A DNA stretch of 64,000 bases, from the NCBI GenBank assembly GCA_963674945.2, contig CAXXWQ010000003.1:1152001-1216000 (forward strand). The letters are read 5' to 3'. This stretch comes from an uncultured Desulfosarcina sp. GTDB lineage: Bacteria; Desulfobacterota; Desulfobacteria; Desulfobacterales; Desulfosarcinaceae. Positions 10,961 to 21,434 of the stretch are shown here, piece after piece; within the stretch, counting starts at the first letter, position 1, and each line of letters starts with the position of its first letter. The position numbers and the translations under genes are program-made. The notes beneath the pieces were generated by a model that was not told the origin of the DNA, made no database searches, and saw nothing but the letters and a program-made list of their open reading frames with translations.

Positions 10961-11329
10961 GGGTGCATCGATCGGTATTTTCTTTTCTCATAATCATTAG
11001 CTTGGTTCTGATAACCGTATGCGGTGTACTATACCAATCCAGGGTATGGTGATACGGCTGAAGCATACTGCGCCAACCTGGATATCAATGGTGGCGGGTG
11101 GCGGTTGCCGACAGCCGATGAGTTGCGTTCGCTTGTAGACACGTCGGTGACCCCGCCAACTATCGTTGAACCCTTCTGGGATTATACCTTTGCGGACTGG
11201 TACTGGACATCCGACGCCAGTGACACGCCGTTGCATCGCATCTGTATCAATTTTGCCGGCGAACAGTACCCGATAGAAGTGGACTGTGCCGCAGCCTTGC
11301 CGTATCAGGTCAGGTGCTGCAAAGACTGA
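10957..11329 (+). pseudogene. Secreted DUF1566 (Lcl C-terminal, C-type-lectin-like) protein with a +1 frameshift
   Basis: Signal-like 'MRVHRSVFSFLIIISLVLITVCG'. Removing T11050 joins 'VW' to 'DTAEAYCANL..GGWRLPTADELRSL..WYWTS..VRCC'. Confidence 0.65.
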
Positions 11330-11421
11330 TGGATCCGGGATATGGATCAGATTCCATTTTTTCCCGAGCCATGTTATTTGGTGTCCGATTATATTCGGGA
11401 TATTCTTTTTCATTCTTTCTT

Positions 11422-12195
11422 TCAGCAATAGGCAATATTCACCAATGGCAGAAAGTTCAGGCGACAGCCGTGCCGTGTCGTCCTGGATGTTTTGGAGGAG
11501 ACGGGGGCGCCCATTAACTTTGTTTTCCACCATCTTTTCCCAGAAGGCTGGGTCGATGGAGCATCGAGCAACCCCATGGATTTGGCCCGTTTTTCCCAAT
11601 CCTTCCTGGCCAGTGCTCGTATATCCGCTACACGGTCTGATTCATCCACGATTTCCAAACCCAAAAGTGTTTCGATTACATCTTCCATCGTAACGATTCC
11701 TGACATGCCACCGAATTCGTCAACGACCAGGACGATATGCTCACGATCTTTCAGAAACCGGTTGAACAGATCCGGAATCGGAAAGTTCCCCCGGATCGTC
11801 AATACCTTGCACTCCAGAATGTGGATCGGTTCATCCTCCCTGTTTTCGACGAGTTTTGTGAGAACTTCATCTTTCAGGATCTATCCAGTGACAATGACTT
11901 TACTGTAAATGGGGGCCAGTTCCTTCCAGAAATTTGCGCCCAGGGTTTTGGGGATGAGCTCTGAAAGCACCAGGATTGCCAAGGTCATGATCACGGGAAC
12001 GAGGATGCTGGTGATAAGATGGTTGGACTCGGCCCAAATCTGGGTCGCCTGGTTGCCCACACCCAAAGCACCGACAGTATGGACGATTGTGTTCAGTGCC
12101 AAGATTGCAACGAGCGGCCGATCTATATTGTCTTTGAAAACCTGCAGCCGCCTTATTAGTGGAGCGCCCTCCTTCAGCTTGATCTGGGCGTAAGA
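11422..12195 (-). pseudogene. CNNM/hemolysin-CBS family protein remnant
   Basis: 'AILALNTIVHTVGALGVG', 'SELIPKTLG' and 'VVDEFGGMSGIVTMEDVIETLLGLEIVDE'. The 5' end is missing, there is an internal deletion after 'KELAP', and an in-frame TAG at 11881-11883. Confidence 0.85.
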
Positions 12196-12289
12196 TCAGG
12201 AAACTTGATTTCCTAATTGTTGCATATGGCAAGCAAAACATAATGTAAGTGGTTGAAAAACAGAAAGATAGGAGTCTGAATCCAGCAGG

Positions 12290-14652
12290 CCGGTAAGGTA
12301 TTGCAACCGGAAAATGAACATGGCACCTTTAACCTTATTATCTTGGCGGATAAATGAAAGGAAAAGGATGCCATGCCTCAACAGATACTACCACTTATTC
12401 CTCGCGGTGCAAGACAAATCAACGGGCTTGTCAGTGTATTTCGTGACGATACGACCTGGACCTATTTTCTATCGACCGTTCCGATTTATTCTCACAGACA
12501 AGGCGATCAACGAATGTTTCGGATGATAACAGCCCAACTGGTTGAATCCGGAGCTTGCCGCCAGATCGATATCCAAAACACATTCGGCGTATCCAAGAGC
12601 AATGTCATCCGATCCGTGAACAAACTCAGGTCCGGCGGCGCCGAGGCATTTTTCGTTCAGCGGCGGGGACGACGCGGCGGCAAGGTTTTCAAACCTGAGG
12701 TGCTTGAACAAGCCCAACGTTTACTGGATCAAGGGTGCTCGAAAAAAGATGCCGCCCTGGAACTTGGCATTAAATACGATACGTTTCGCAAAGCTATAGA
12801 TGATGGTCGGTTAATCGAATCAAGGATTGGTGAACCGTGTCTAACCAAATCAGATCGGGACATGGTCGACATGGCTGCTGCCGATGGTATGGGGACGGCT
12901 TGCAACCGAGTCGGGGAACGCATATTGGCATCATTGGGCAAAATGGTTGGTGCGCCGGTTCGTTTTGACAGATGCCTGGACGTTCCCAAAGCAGGCGTTC
13001 TTTGTGCGATACCGTCATTGGTGGCAAACGGGTTGTTTACCGGCGCAAAACAGTTCCTCGGCCAAGTCAAAGGCTATTACACGATCTTTCATGTCTTGTT
13101 GCTGCTTTCGTTTATGGCCTTATGCAGGATCAAGACGACAGAAAAAATACGAGGCCATGCTCCGGGAGAATTTGGTAAGTTATTGGGCTTGGATCGTGCA
13201 CCGGAGGTTCGCTGTTTGCGTTACAAGATGGATGCGTTGAGCGCAGACCACGGCGCGGAAAAGTGGGCCGCATACCTCGGTAAATACTGGATGGAACAGG
13301 CGCCCGAATCGGTTGGCGCGCTTTATGTTGACGGGCATGTACGTGTTTATCATGGAAAATTGACCCGACTACCGCGCCGCTACGTGTCCCGGGAACGATT
13401 GTGCATGAGGGGCATTACCGACTATTGGGTTAACGATGCGATTGGCCGACCTTTTTTTGTCGTCGAAAAGCAGATCGATCCTGGATTATTGGCGGTTTTA
13501 AGAGACGATATCGTTCCCCGGTTGTTGCAAGACGTTCCGAATCAACCCGGTTTGCAGCAACTACAAGAGAACCCATGTTTATGCCGGTTCGTTCTTGTTT
13601 TCGACAGGGAAGGATATAGTCCCGCATTCTTCAAGGAAATGTGGGATCGCCATCGAATCGGCTGCATGACGTATCATAAGCATCCTGGTGAATCATGGCC
13701 GGAGCATTGGTTCACCGAGTATGAAGTTGCGATGCCAAACAAAGAGGTGGTGAAGATGCGGCTTTGCGAAATGGGTAGTTTGGTGGGATCTGGTAAGGGT
13801 GCAACATGGATGCGACAAGTGCGAAAACTGACCGATTCCGGACACCAGACCAGCGTAATCAGCACCGCTTTCGATTTGCCGCATACTCAATTGGCAGCAC
13901 GCATGTTCAGCCGGTGGTGTCAGGAAAACTTTTTCAACTATATGATGCAACATTTTGATATCGATGTGCTTTTAGATTATGGTGTCGTTGAATTTCCTGA
14001 TACCGAACGGGTAATCAACCCCGTTTGGCGGCAATTGAATCAATCCCGTAATTCGTTGCAGAACAAGCTACGATATCGTCGTGCCTGTTTTGCCGAGATG
14101 ACCATTCACCCTGAAAATGAAGACAAACCGGTAAAGTTTAAGAAGTGGATAGAGAAAAAGGCCGAGCTGTTAGAAGAAATCGAAAAGATGGAGTATCAAC
14201 TCAGCGAGTTGAAAGAAAAACGAAAACAGACAAGTAAACACATCACGTGGGGAGAACTTGAAGCAAAAGATAAATTTTTACGTTTACAACCGGGCAGAAA
14301 ACGCCTGATGGACACGGTTCGTATGATTGCATATCGTGCAGAGACGGCAATGGTTGGGTTGCTCACGGGTCCGACGGTAAACTCGTCGGATGCACGGAGT
14401 CTTCTCCAGACACTGTTCCAGACCGAAGGCGATGTACTGCCCGATATTGAAAATCAGCAATTGAATATACGATTGCACGGCGCTTCGTTCCCAGCGGCCA
14501 ATCGGGCTCTTTGCCAACTGTTTGCGCATCTGAACAGTGCGCAGGTAAAATACCCCGGTACCGAGCTGCAAATGATATTCGAACTAAATGGCTGCAGCAC
14601 CTCAAATCATGCCGGAGGTGTCACATAGTTTTCCCGGAGATGCAGTGTTCTG
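12290..14652 (+). mobile_element. Unclassified IS-like element carrying the 751-aa transposase (ends approximate)
   Basis: Weak imperfect IR between 12302-12327 (tgcaaccggaaaatgaacatggcacc) and 14617-14644. No TSD found. Confidence 0.5.
12373..14628 (+). CDS. Large putative DDE transposase with N-terminal HTH
   Basis: Candidate catalytic motifs 'YVDGH', 'FDREGYS' and 'RWCQENFF', HTH region, and coiled-coil insertion. Confidence 0.75.
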   Translation: MPQQILPLIPRGARQINGLVSVFRDDTTWTYFLSTVPIYSHRQGDQRMFRMITAQLVESGACRQIDIQNTFGVSKSNVIRSVNKLRSGGAEAFFVQRRGRRGGKVFKPEVLEQAQRLLDQGCSKKDAALELGIKYDTFRKAIDDGRLIESRIGEPCLTKSDRDMVDMAAADGMGTACNRVGERILASLGKMVGAPVRFDRCLDVPKAGVLCAIPSLVANGLFTGAKQFLGQVKGYYTIFHVLLLLSFMALCRIKTTEKIRGHAPGEFGKLLGLDRAPEVRCLRYKMDALSADHGAEKWAAYLGKYWMEQAPESVGALYVDGHVRVYHGKLTRLPRRYVSRERLCMRGITDYWVNDAIGRPFFVVEKQIDPGLLAVLRDDIVPRLLQDVPNQPGLQQLQENPCLCRFVLVFDREGYSPAFFKEMWDRHRIGCMTYHKHPGESWPEHWFTEYEVAMPNKEVVKMRLCEMGSLVGSGKGATWMRQVRKLTDSGHQTSVISTAFDLPHTQLAARMFSRWCQENFFNYMMQHFDIDVLLDYGVVEFPDTERVINPVWRQLNQSRNSLQNKLRYRRACFAEMTIHPENEDKPVKFKKWIEKKAELLEEIEKMEYQLSELKEKRKQTSKHITWGELEAKDKFLRLQPGRKRLMDTVRMIAYRAETAMVGLLTGPTVNSSDARSLLQTLFQTEGDVLPDIENQQLNIRLHGASFPAANRALCQLFAHLNSAQVKYPGTELQMIFELNGCSTSNHAGGVT

Positions 14653-14793
14653 TACCTATATGTCAGAAGGGATTGAAAGATCAATCGGCAGAACTACTCA
14701 AATATCCTTCGGACAATAGGCAGTTTTGCCCACGGAAAAATCTCTCTATCCGTCGAAGTCGAGGTGACCATTACCCTTTGAAAGGCATCGGCA

Positions 14794-15444
14794 TTAACTA
14801 TTGACGTAATTCTGAGCAATGGCATAGCGAACCAGATCGGCGGTTCGCTTAAGATTGAGTTTAGACCGGATATTGGCATGGTGGCGATGTACCGTACGTA
14901 CACTGATACAGAGTTTTTCACTGATCTCCTGATCGGTGAGGCCTTCGGCAATCAGTTTCAGCACGTGGCGCTCTCGGGTTGTGAGAGGATCCGAGGCGGC
15001 GGGTGAAGCGCCCTGAAAGAGGGACAGGATGGTGGAAGGAAATGCTTCGAACAATCTTTTCGATAAATAGGATTTGCCTTTGCGGATGCGATCGATGGCT
15101 TCGATCAGTTCATCCGACGAATCTTCCTTGAGCAGATAGCCTTTGGCGCCTGCCGCCAGGGCCATGGTGAGAAACTCCTCTCGTTTGTGCATGCTCAACA
15201 TGAGGATATGGGTATCGGGACGGTAGGCGAGGACTTCACGGATGGCTTCGATTCCCCGCATACCCGGCATGGAAATGTCCAGAATTACCAGATTGGGGGA
15301 TAATCGCTTCACCAGCTTGAGCAGCTCCAGACCGTCGCCGGCCTCGCCGACGACCTGGAGCCCGTCCACCGATTCGATGAGGTTGCGAACGCCATCACGC
15401 ATCATGGCGTGATCGTCGGCAAGGATGATCGTGTATGTGTTCAT
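14794..15444 (-). CDS. NarL/LuxR-family response regulator
   Basis: REC domain ('LADDH', 'LDISMP', 'YLLK') plus LuxR HTH 'LTTRERHVLKLIAEG'. Confidence 0.93.
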   Translation of the reverse strand: MNTYTIILADDHAMMRDGVRNLIESVDGLQVVGEAGDGLELLKLVKRLSPNLVILDISMPGMRGIEAIREVLAYRPDTHILMLSMHKREEFLTMALAAGAKGYLLKEDSSDELIEAIDRIRKGKSYLSKRLFEAFPSTILSLFQGASPAASDPLTTRERHVLKLIAEGLTDQEISEKLCISVRTVHRHHANIRSKLNLKRTADLVRYAIAQNYVNS

Positions 15445-17258
15445 GATGGCTCCCGTGACGGGTAGGGAAAAGAGATGATCAGTCGCGTCCCTTTGCCGTA
15501 ATCACTGTCGATGGAAAAGGTTGCTCCGATCATCCGGCACCGCAGCGCCATGGCCGATAGTCCCAACCCCCGCGCGACACCTTCTTCGTCGTATCGATGC
15601 CGGTGATCGAAGCCCTTTCCATTGTCTTGTATGCGAATACAAAAGTCGTCGTTATCATGCTCTGCGGTCACTGTTACCCATGATGCCTGGGCATGCTTGG
15701 CAATATTGGTCAGAGCCTCCTGGATCACACGGAAAAGACATAGCTGCACGCTGGGCGTTTTTATCCGATCCAGTGGCGCAAGTTCCGTTTCCACCTCGAC
15801 ATGGTAATTTTCTGCAAATTCACGCATGGTCTGCCGAACGGCCGCGTGCAGCCCCAACACATCCAACGCTGCCGGCTTCAGACCATGGGCGACATCGCGG
15901 ATGTCGTTGATGATCTTGTCCATGATCGTTATCAGATGGTTGCATTTTTTCCTTAGATCCACTGCATCGGGAGGTAGGCTGTTCTGGAGGCTTTTCATGT
16001 TCAGCTTGAGCACGTTCAGGTCCTGGCCGCAACCGTCGTGAAGTTCCATGGCGATGCGCCGCAGCTCGTCTTCCTGGGCCGTCAGCAGTCGGCCGGAGAG
16101 GTTGTTGAGGGTATCGACGGTGTTGCTGAGCCTTTCCTGCAGGCGAAATCGTTGAACGGCCGTTCCCAAACGCAGCCCAACCGCTTCTATATTTTCCACG
16201 ACACGTAAAGGAAATACATTTCCCCTGCGATCTGCGGCATGAATCAGCCCGCGGATTGTGTTGTCTACCGGGATGGGAACGATCAAAACCGATTCATGGC
16301 CTTGTGCATGGCACATGTTGACCGTCTCTTCCAGTTCCTCCGTCGGCAAAGTAGCCAGAAAACGGCTGGTTTCGTTCATATAGAACGATCCTTTCGGCGT
16401 AAAATAGAACCGGTCGGGATCGGTCTCCCCCCTGATCACCGCCGTGCATACGCACCGGTCGCTCTTTTGAGAGAGCGGGTTTTTGGAATCGTAAAACACC
16501 CGGCTGAAACCGTCATGGGCATAGTAGGGGATACTTCCGTCGGGATCCAGCATTCGGATGCCGACGGCGTCGCATTTCAAGTAATGTTTAACCATATCGA
16601 CGCATCTGCGCAGCAGCACCTGTATGTTCTCGGCCGTGCCGGCGATTTCCAGACAATTCTGTTGAAGCATAAAATTCGAGGAGAGTACCGTGATTTCCGT
16701 GATATCCATCAGTGCCAGCATGTAACACGATTCATCGCCATTCCCATTGGATCGTCGTTGCATCTGGAGGCGGGCGTCGAAAAAAGAGCCGTTGGACCGT
16801 TTCATTTTTATCTCAAATGGTTCGGCCTCCTCTTGCTTCCTGCAAAGCAGCTTGTGACGATAAAACACGTCCTGGTCATCGCCATGGATAAAATCGGTGA
16901 TGCGCCGACGAGCAAGTGAACTGCGCGGTGCATCGAAAATAATGGCGGTGGCCACGTTGATGTCTCCGATGACACCATCCTGGTCGAAGGTCAGGTAGCC
17001 GATGGGGGCGAAGGTAAACAGTTCGGCATAGTTGCGGTATAGGTTCTCGTAGCGCTGTCTGGCCTCCTCGACGGCATTCTGCCGTCGTCGCAGTTCGTCG
17101 TTTTGCAGTTCCAGCTTGGTCTGGTGGATCTGAACTTCATGTATCAGGCGCAAAGTTTCTCTATCCGTCTCCGTTCCGGCGGAAAAACGTCCGACCGCGC
17201 GTTCCGCCTTGCGGCGCAGTTCGGTCCAGTGGGATTCTTCGTATGTCGTTTCTGTCAT
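15441..17258 (-). CDS. PAS/GAF sensor histidine kinase (HisKA_3, NarX-like)
   Basis: 'RIAMELHDGCGQ', 'QEALTNIAKHA', 'DNGKGF' and 'GLGL' motifs. Confidence 0.9.
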   Translation of the reverse strand: MTETTYEESHWTELRRKAERAVGRFSAGTETDRETLRLIHEVQIHQTKLELQNDELRRRQNAVEEARQRYENLYRNYAELFTFAPIGYLTFDQDGVIGDINVATAIIFDAPRSSLARRRITDFIHGDDQDVFYRHKLLCRKQEEAEPFEIKMKRSNGSFFDARLQMQRRSNGNGDESCYMLALMDITEITVLSSNFMLQQNCLEIAGTAENIQVLLRRCVDMVKHYLKCDAVGIRMLDPDGSIPYYAHDGFSRVFYDSKNPLSQKSDRCVCTAVIRGETDPDRFYFTPKGSFYMNETSRFLATLPTEELEETVNMCHAQGHESVLIVPIPVDNTIRGLIHAADRRGNVFPLRVVENIEAVGLRLGTAVQRFRLQERLSNTVDTLNNLSGRLLTAQEDELRRIAMELHDGCGQDLNVLKLNMKSLQNSLPPDAVDLRKKCNHLITIMDKIINDIRDVAHGLKPAALDVLGLHAAVRQTMREFAENYHVEVETELAPLDRIKTPSVQLCLFRVIQEALTNIAKHAQASWVTVTAEHDNDDFCIRIQDNGKGFDHRHRYDEEGVARGLGLSAMALRCRMIGATFSIDSDYGKGTRLIISFPYPSREPS

Positions 17259-17346
17259 GGCGATGCACTTCCTGTCATTGGTCTCGAATACTCATCTCCC
17301 GGCCGCCCGCAGATGCCGGGCCCGTTGTCCTGTCATGGGAACACCT

Positions 17347-20300
17347 TTACTTCGGGTCCGGTTCCACGGGCCGCTCAAAGGTTGCGAACTTGATCGGCCG
17401 GCCCTCTTCGTCCGCCAAGGTCGATGCATACACCCGGACGGTCATGGGGTCGCCGCCCTTGGGGATCCGGATCACATGGAACGGCGCCACGGTTTCACCC
17501 CGCTGGAGCCGACGGGCCACAGCCGCATAGTCGTGGCGATCCTTTTCGGCCGTCATCTCGGAAATATGCATTCGTGTGGCCTCCGCTTCCGTCCATCCGT
17601 AACAGGTTTCGGCGGTGCGGTTCCATGCCAGGACATTCCCGTCGAAATCCTGCATCGTGACGGCGTCGGTGGCGTTTTCGAATACCGCCGAGATCTGGCG
17701 CAGCATGTTCAGTTTGCGCAGATCGGTGATGTCGATAAATGCGATGGTCACCCCGTCGATGACGTTGTCTCCCGTCCGATAGGGAAAAAGGCGCATCTCG
17801 TACCACCGTTCCTTTTTGTCCTGGATTTCCAGCTTTTTCCGTTCCAGCCGCTCGATCACCTGAACCGCCAGGCCATGAATGTCGATGCCCTGGAAATGGG
17901 TCGTAATGTCACTGATGGGCCGCCCGATGTCCAGGGGGCGAAGGTTGATGATACGGGTGACCGCCGGGGTGAAGCGCCGGACACACAGGTTCAGGTTCAA
18001 AAAAAGCGTGGCGATCTCCGTGCTCTCCAAAAGATTGTTGATGTCATTGTAGGATTTGTTCAGTTCGTCGATTTTCTGCTGGTGCTCGGAGTTGACGGTC
18101 ACCAGTTCCTCGTTGGTGGACTGCAGCTCTTCCCGGGAGGTTTCCAGCTCTTCGTTGGCGCTCTGCAGTTCCTCGTTGACGGACTGCAGCTCCTCATTGG
18201 TGGCCTTGTACTCCTCGTTGGAGGTCTCCAGCTCTTCGATGGATGACTGCAAGTACTCCTTGGTGGACTTGAGTTCCTCCTCCAGCCGTTGGATTTCCTT
18301 ATGGCCCCCAGCGCTCTTGCCGGAGGTTACGGAAACGACATCTTTTTTCCCTTGTCCGTTTATGGTCTCGAAGAGAACGATCATCACCTCCATCCCGGCG
18401 ATTTTTTCCGGCATCGGCCGGATGATGATCCTTGTTCGGATCAAGCCCTGGGGTGACTTTACGGATACATCCTCGATGCGCTGCAGTTCCCTGGTCCTTA
18501 AAGCAGCGTTGAGAACACGGGTCAGTTTAAAGGAGATGCCTTCGCGGGCCATCTGCAAAAGGTTGAAGATGGCCTTTCCCCGCGGCATTTTCAAAAACCG
18601 ATCGGTATGGCCGAAAAAGTGCAGGATATTGAAATTCCGGTCGATGAGTACCCCGGGGGGAGCGTAATCCTCCAGGATGATGCGTTCCGCAACGCCGAAT
18701 ATTTCCGGACCCGCTGTCTTCCCGCGCTTGTCGTTTCCCGGATGGTATTCCCGCTGGCCCACGAAGGTCGACAGATGGTCCATGCTGTAAGGTTCCACCG
18801 GCAGCATCTCTTCGTGCCTGAAGATCTTGTGCTTCACGGAAACCGAAGTGAAATGATTCCCGAATGCGCCGATGGTTTCCGACGGCCCCAGAAACAGTTA
18901 CCCGCCGGGTTTCAGGGCATAGTGAAACATGGGCAGGACCATTTTTTGCAGTTCCGGCTTGAGGTAGATCAAAAGATTGCGGCAGCAGATCAGGTCGATT
19001 TTGGAAAACGGAGGATCCTTGATCAGGTTGTGGATGGAAAAAACGATGTTGTCACGGATGCTTTTCTTGATCTTGAAGGCATCATCCCCGCGATCGAAAT
19101 AGCGCGCCAGCCGCTGAACCGATACATCGGCGGTGATGTTGGACAGATAGATACCGTGACGTGCCACATCGATGGCATCGGCATCGATGTCGCTGGCGAA
19201 GATCTGCACCGGCAAAGCGGTGCCTGCGCGCTCCATGGCCTCGGCCAGCAGGATCGCTACGGAATATGCCTCTTCACCGCTGGAGCATCCGGCCACCCAC
19301 ACGCGGATGGCGTCGCCGCTTTTCCGGGAATGGATCAGGGGAAGCAGCGCTTTTTCCGCAAGGGTTTCAAAGGCCTCGGCATCCCTGAAAAAGTTGGTCA
19401 CGCCGATGAGCATGTCTTTGAGCAGGCGGGCCGGTTCGGCCGGATCACGCGCCACGATCTTCACGTAGTCGCCCAGCCGGTCGATCTGATGAACCGCCAT
19501 GCGACGGCCGATGCGGCGGCGGATGGTGGTGGCTTTGTAGTTGGAGAAATCGTGGCCGGTTTTGCTCCGCAGAATGGAAAAGATTCGCTTCAGCTGGCTT
19601 TCCTGTTCCCCATTCTCAACATCCGGCATCGTGGGCTTCTTGAGGTAGGGATGCTTGAGGATGGCATCGATCTTGGCGGGGATCTCTTCCGCGGGCAGGA
19701 TAAAATCGACCATGTGCGTGGCGATGGCGCTGTCCGGCATGCTCGGGTACTGGGCGTTGGCCGGCACCTGGGCAAAGGTCAAACCACCCTCGGCCTTTAT
19801 GGCTTTTATCCCCTGGGCGCCGTCACTGGCGGAACCGGACAGAATCACTCCGATGGCCTTCTCCTTCTTGGCCTCGGCCAAAGAGTGGAAAAAATGGTCG
19901 ATGGGGAGAAAGATGCCGGCGGGGGTGCGGTCCGATGTCAACCGGAAGCGGTCGTTCACCAGGGAGACATACTTTTCGGGAGGGTTCAGGTAAATAGCGC
20001 CCGGCTTGATCTTCAGGTTGCCTTTGATCTGCAGGATGGGCAGGCTGGTGGTGGGCGACAGAAGCTGGTCCATGGCGCTTTTGTATCGCGGGCTGAGGTG
20101 CTGGATCACCACGAAGGTGAGACGGCACCCGGCGGGAAGATGTGAAAACAGTTGTTTCAGGGCCTCCAATCCGCCTGCCGATGCACCGATGCCTACAACA
20201 ATTGTATCCTCCTTTGCCTTCGGCTCCGCCTCTTTCCCGGATGTCGACTCGTCAGGCCGCGCATCGGACGTCTTTTCGGTTTTCGGATGCCGTCCCTTTT

Positions 20301-20385
20301 CTTTGGAATCTTTTTTTTGCCCTCTCTTCGGCTTTGGCCCGGCTTTCGGCAATGATTTGTCGGGTGTTTTTTTGGTTCTTTCCAT
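17347..20385 (-). pseudogene. CheB-CheR-PAS fusion split by one in-frame TAA
   Basis: CheB 'GASAGG', 'QHL' and 'LSG..DG', CheR 'WVAGCSSGEEAYS', coiled coil and PAS. Reads 'KPGG*LFLGPSETIG' in frame across 18898-18900. Confidence 0.88.
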
Positions 20386-20604
20386 CGAGATTCCTTGTAT
20401 ACCCCACGAATCCGCCGGTTGATGGACGTTTGCCGTCACCTGCCGCTGGGAATCTACCTTTTATTAACTGCGGGTGATCGCCGGTGAAGTATCGGTTTGG
20501 AATTGATCAGTGCCCCTATTCAAATAGCCGCGAGGTGCGTTATGAAATGACACCTTAAAAAAAAATTATATTTACATCCGATTGATTGTGTCAACGATAA
20601 TATT

Positions 20605-20648
20605 GCGATTTTTACTCATTTTATTCGTCAAAAATGAGTAAAAATCGC
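20605..20648. promoter_or_regulatory. Perfect 18-bp inverted repeat in a divergent promoter region (probable operator)
   Basis: gcgatttttactcatttt-N8-aaaatgagtaaaaatcgc. Confidence 0.6.
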
Positions 20649-20764
20649 CATTTTCATTTCAGATGGGTTTCAGTAAAATAAACACGATCAAACGGCATCA
20701 TGACCATTTGATCCCCTGTAAGGGGTAGGTACACGAGTAAGGCCCAGGTTCGAAAGGAAAGGCG

Positions 20765-21187
20765 ATGAAAAAACGTGTTGGAATATGGATCGATGCAAAA
20801 GAGGCGCTGATCGTTACCCTCGGCGGTCCGGAAGATGCGCCCGTTTTCGAGGAAGTCCAATCGGATGTGGAGCGATATGTTCGACTTTCCGGTGGTTCGC
20901 GGACGAAGCGAACCCCGTGGGGACCGCAAAATATTTCCTCGGACAGTAAAATGCAGGCGCGCCACCAGCAGCAGCTGCGACGATTCTATCAAGCGGTCAT
21001 CAAGGCTGTCGACGGCGCTTACAAAATCATGCTCATGGGTCCCGGCGAAGCCAAACTGGGGCTGAAAAAAGAGATCGACAAAAACATTCCCCTGTCGGAA
21101 TCGTTGGTTCATATGGAAACCTGCGATAAGATGACGCAAGGACAATTAGTGGCATACATCAAAAAATTTTTCTCATCCGTTCCTTAA
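20765..21187 (+). CDS. Conserved hypothetical protein (host-attachment/eRF1 domain-2-like)
   Basis: 'VGIWID..A.IV' and 'LMGPGEAK' motifs; AAGG RBS. Confidence 0.6.
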   Translation: MKKRVGIWIDAKEALIVTLGGPEDAPVFEEVQSDVERYVRLSGGSRTKRTPWGPQNISSDSKMQARHQQQLRRFYQAVIKAVDGAYKIMLMGPGEAKLGLKKEIDKNIPLSESLVHMETCDKMTQGQLVAYIKKFFSSVP

Positions 21188-21213
21188 AAAAGAGAAGTTT
21201 TCGTAAGGAGGAC

Positions 21214-21309
21214 TCGTTGTATTCAGACCGGGTGCCTTGCACCCGGTACCAACCCGAACGATACGGCAATGGCGTGCTTTTGGATATCCGGGCTATGGAC
21301 GGATATCCA
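21214..21309. repeat. REP-like palindromic element, copy 1
   Basis: tcgttgtattca...tgcttt-tggatatccg-N9-cggatatcca; the same motif occurs at 54048-54100. Confidence 0.6.
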
Positions 21310-21434
21310 AGTCAACCGTTTTGCCGGTAGTCGCTGACGCTTTATGGGTAAAAGTACTCAAACAGTTTCGAATAAAGATGAGTTTCTTTCATAATACCGT
21401 TTGGCTATCTTTGGCCTGGAAAAACTTTTTAAAA

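Noticed and set aside
10957..11329. Diversity-generating retroelement
   Set aside because: No reverse transcriptase or template repeat in the window.
11881..11883. In-frame TAG in the CNNM gene as possible pyrrolysine
   Set aside because: The gene is also truncated and internally deleted; a Tyr-to-stop mutation is simpler.
18090..18250. Periodic 21-bp repeats (also 24670-24785) as a CRISPR or tandem array
   Set aside because: They encode coiled-coil heptads inside genes; there are no spacers or cas genes.
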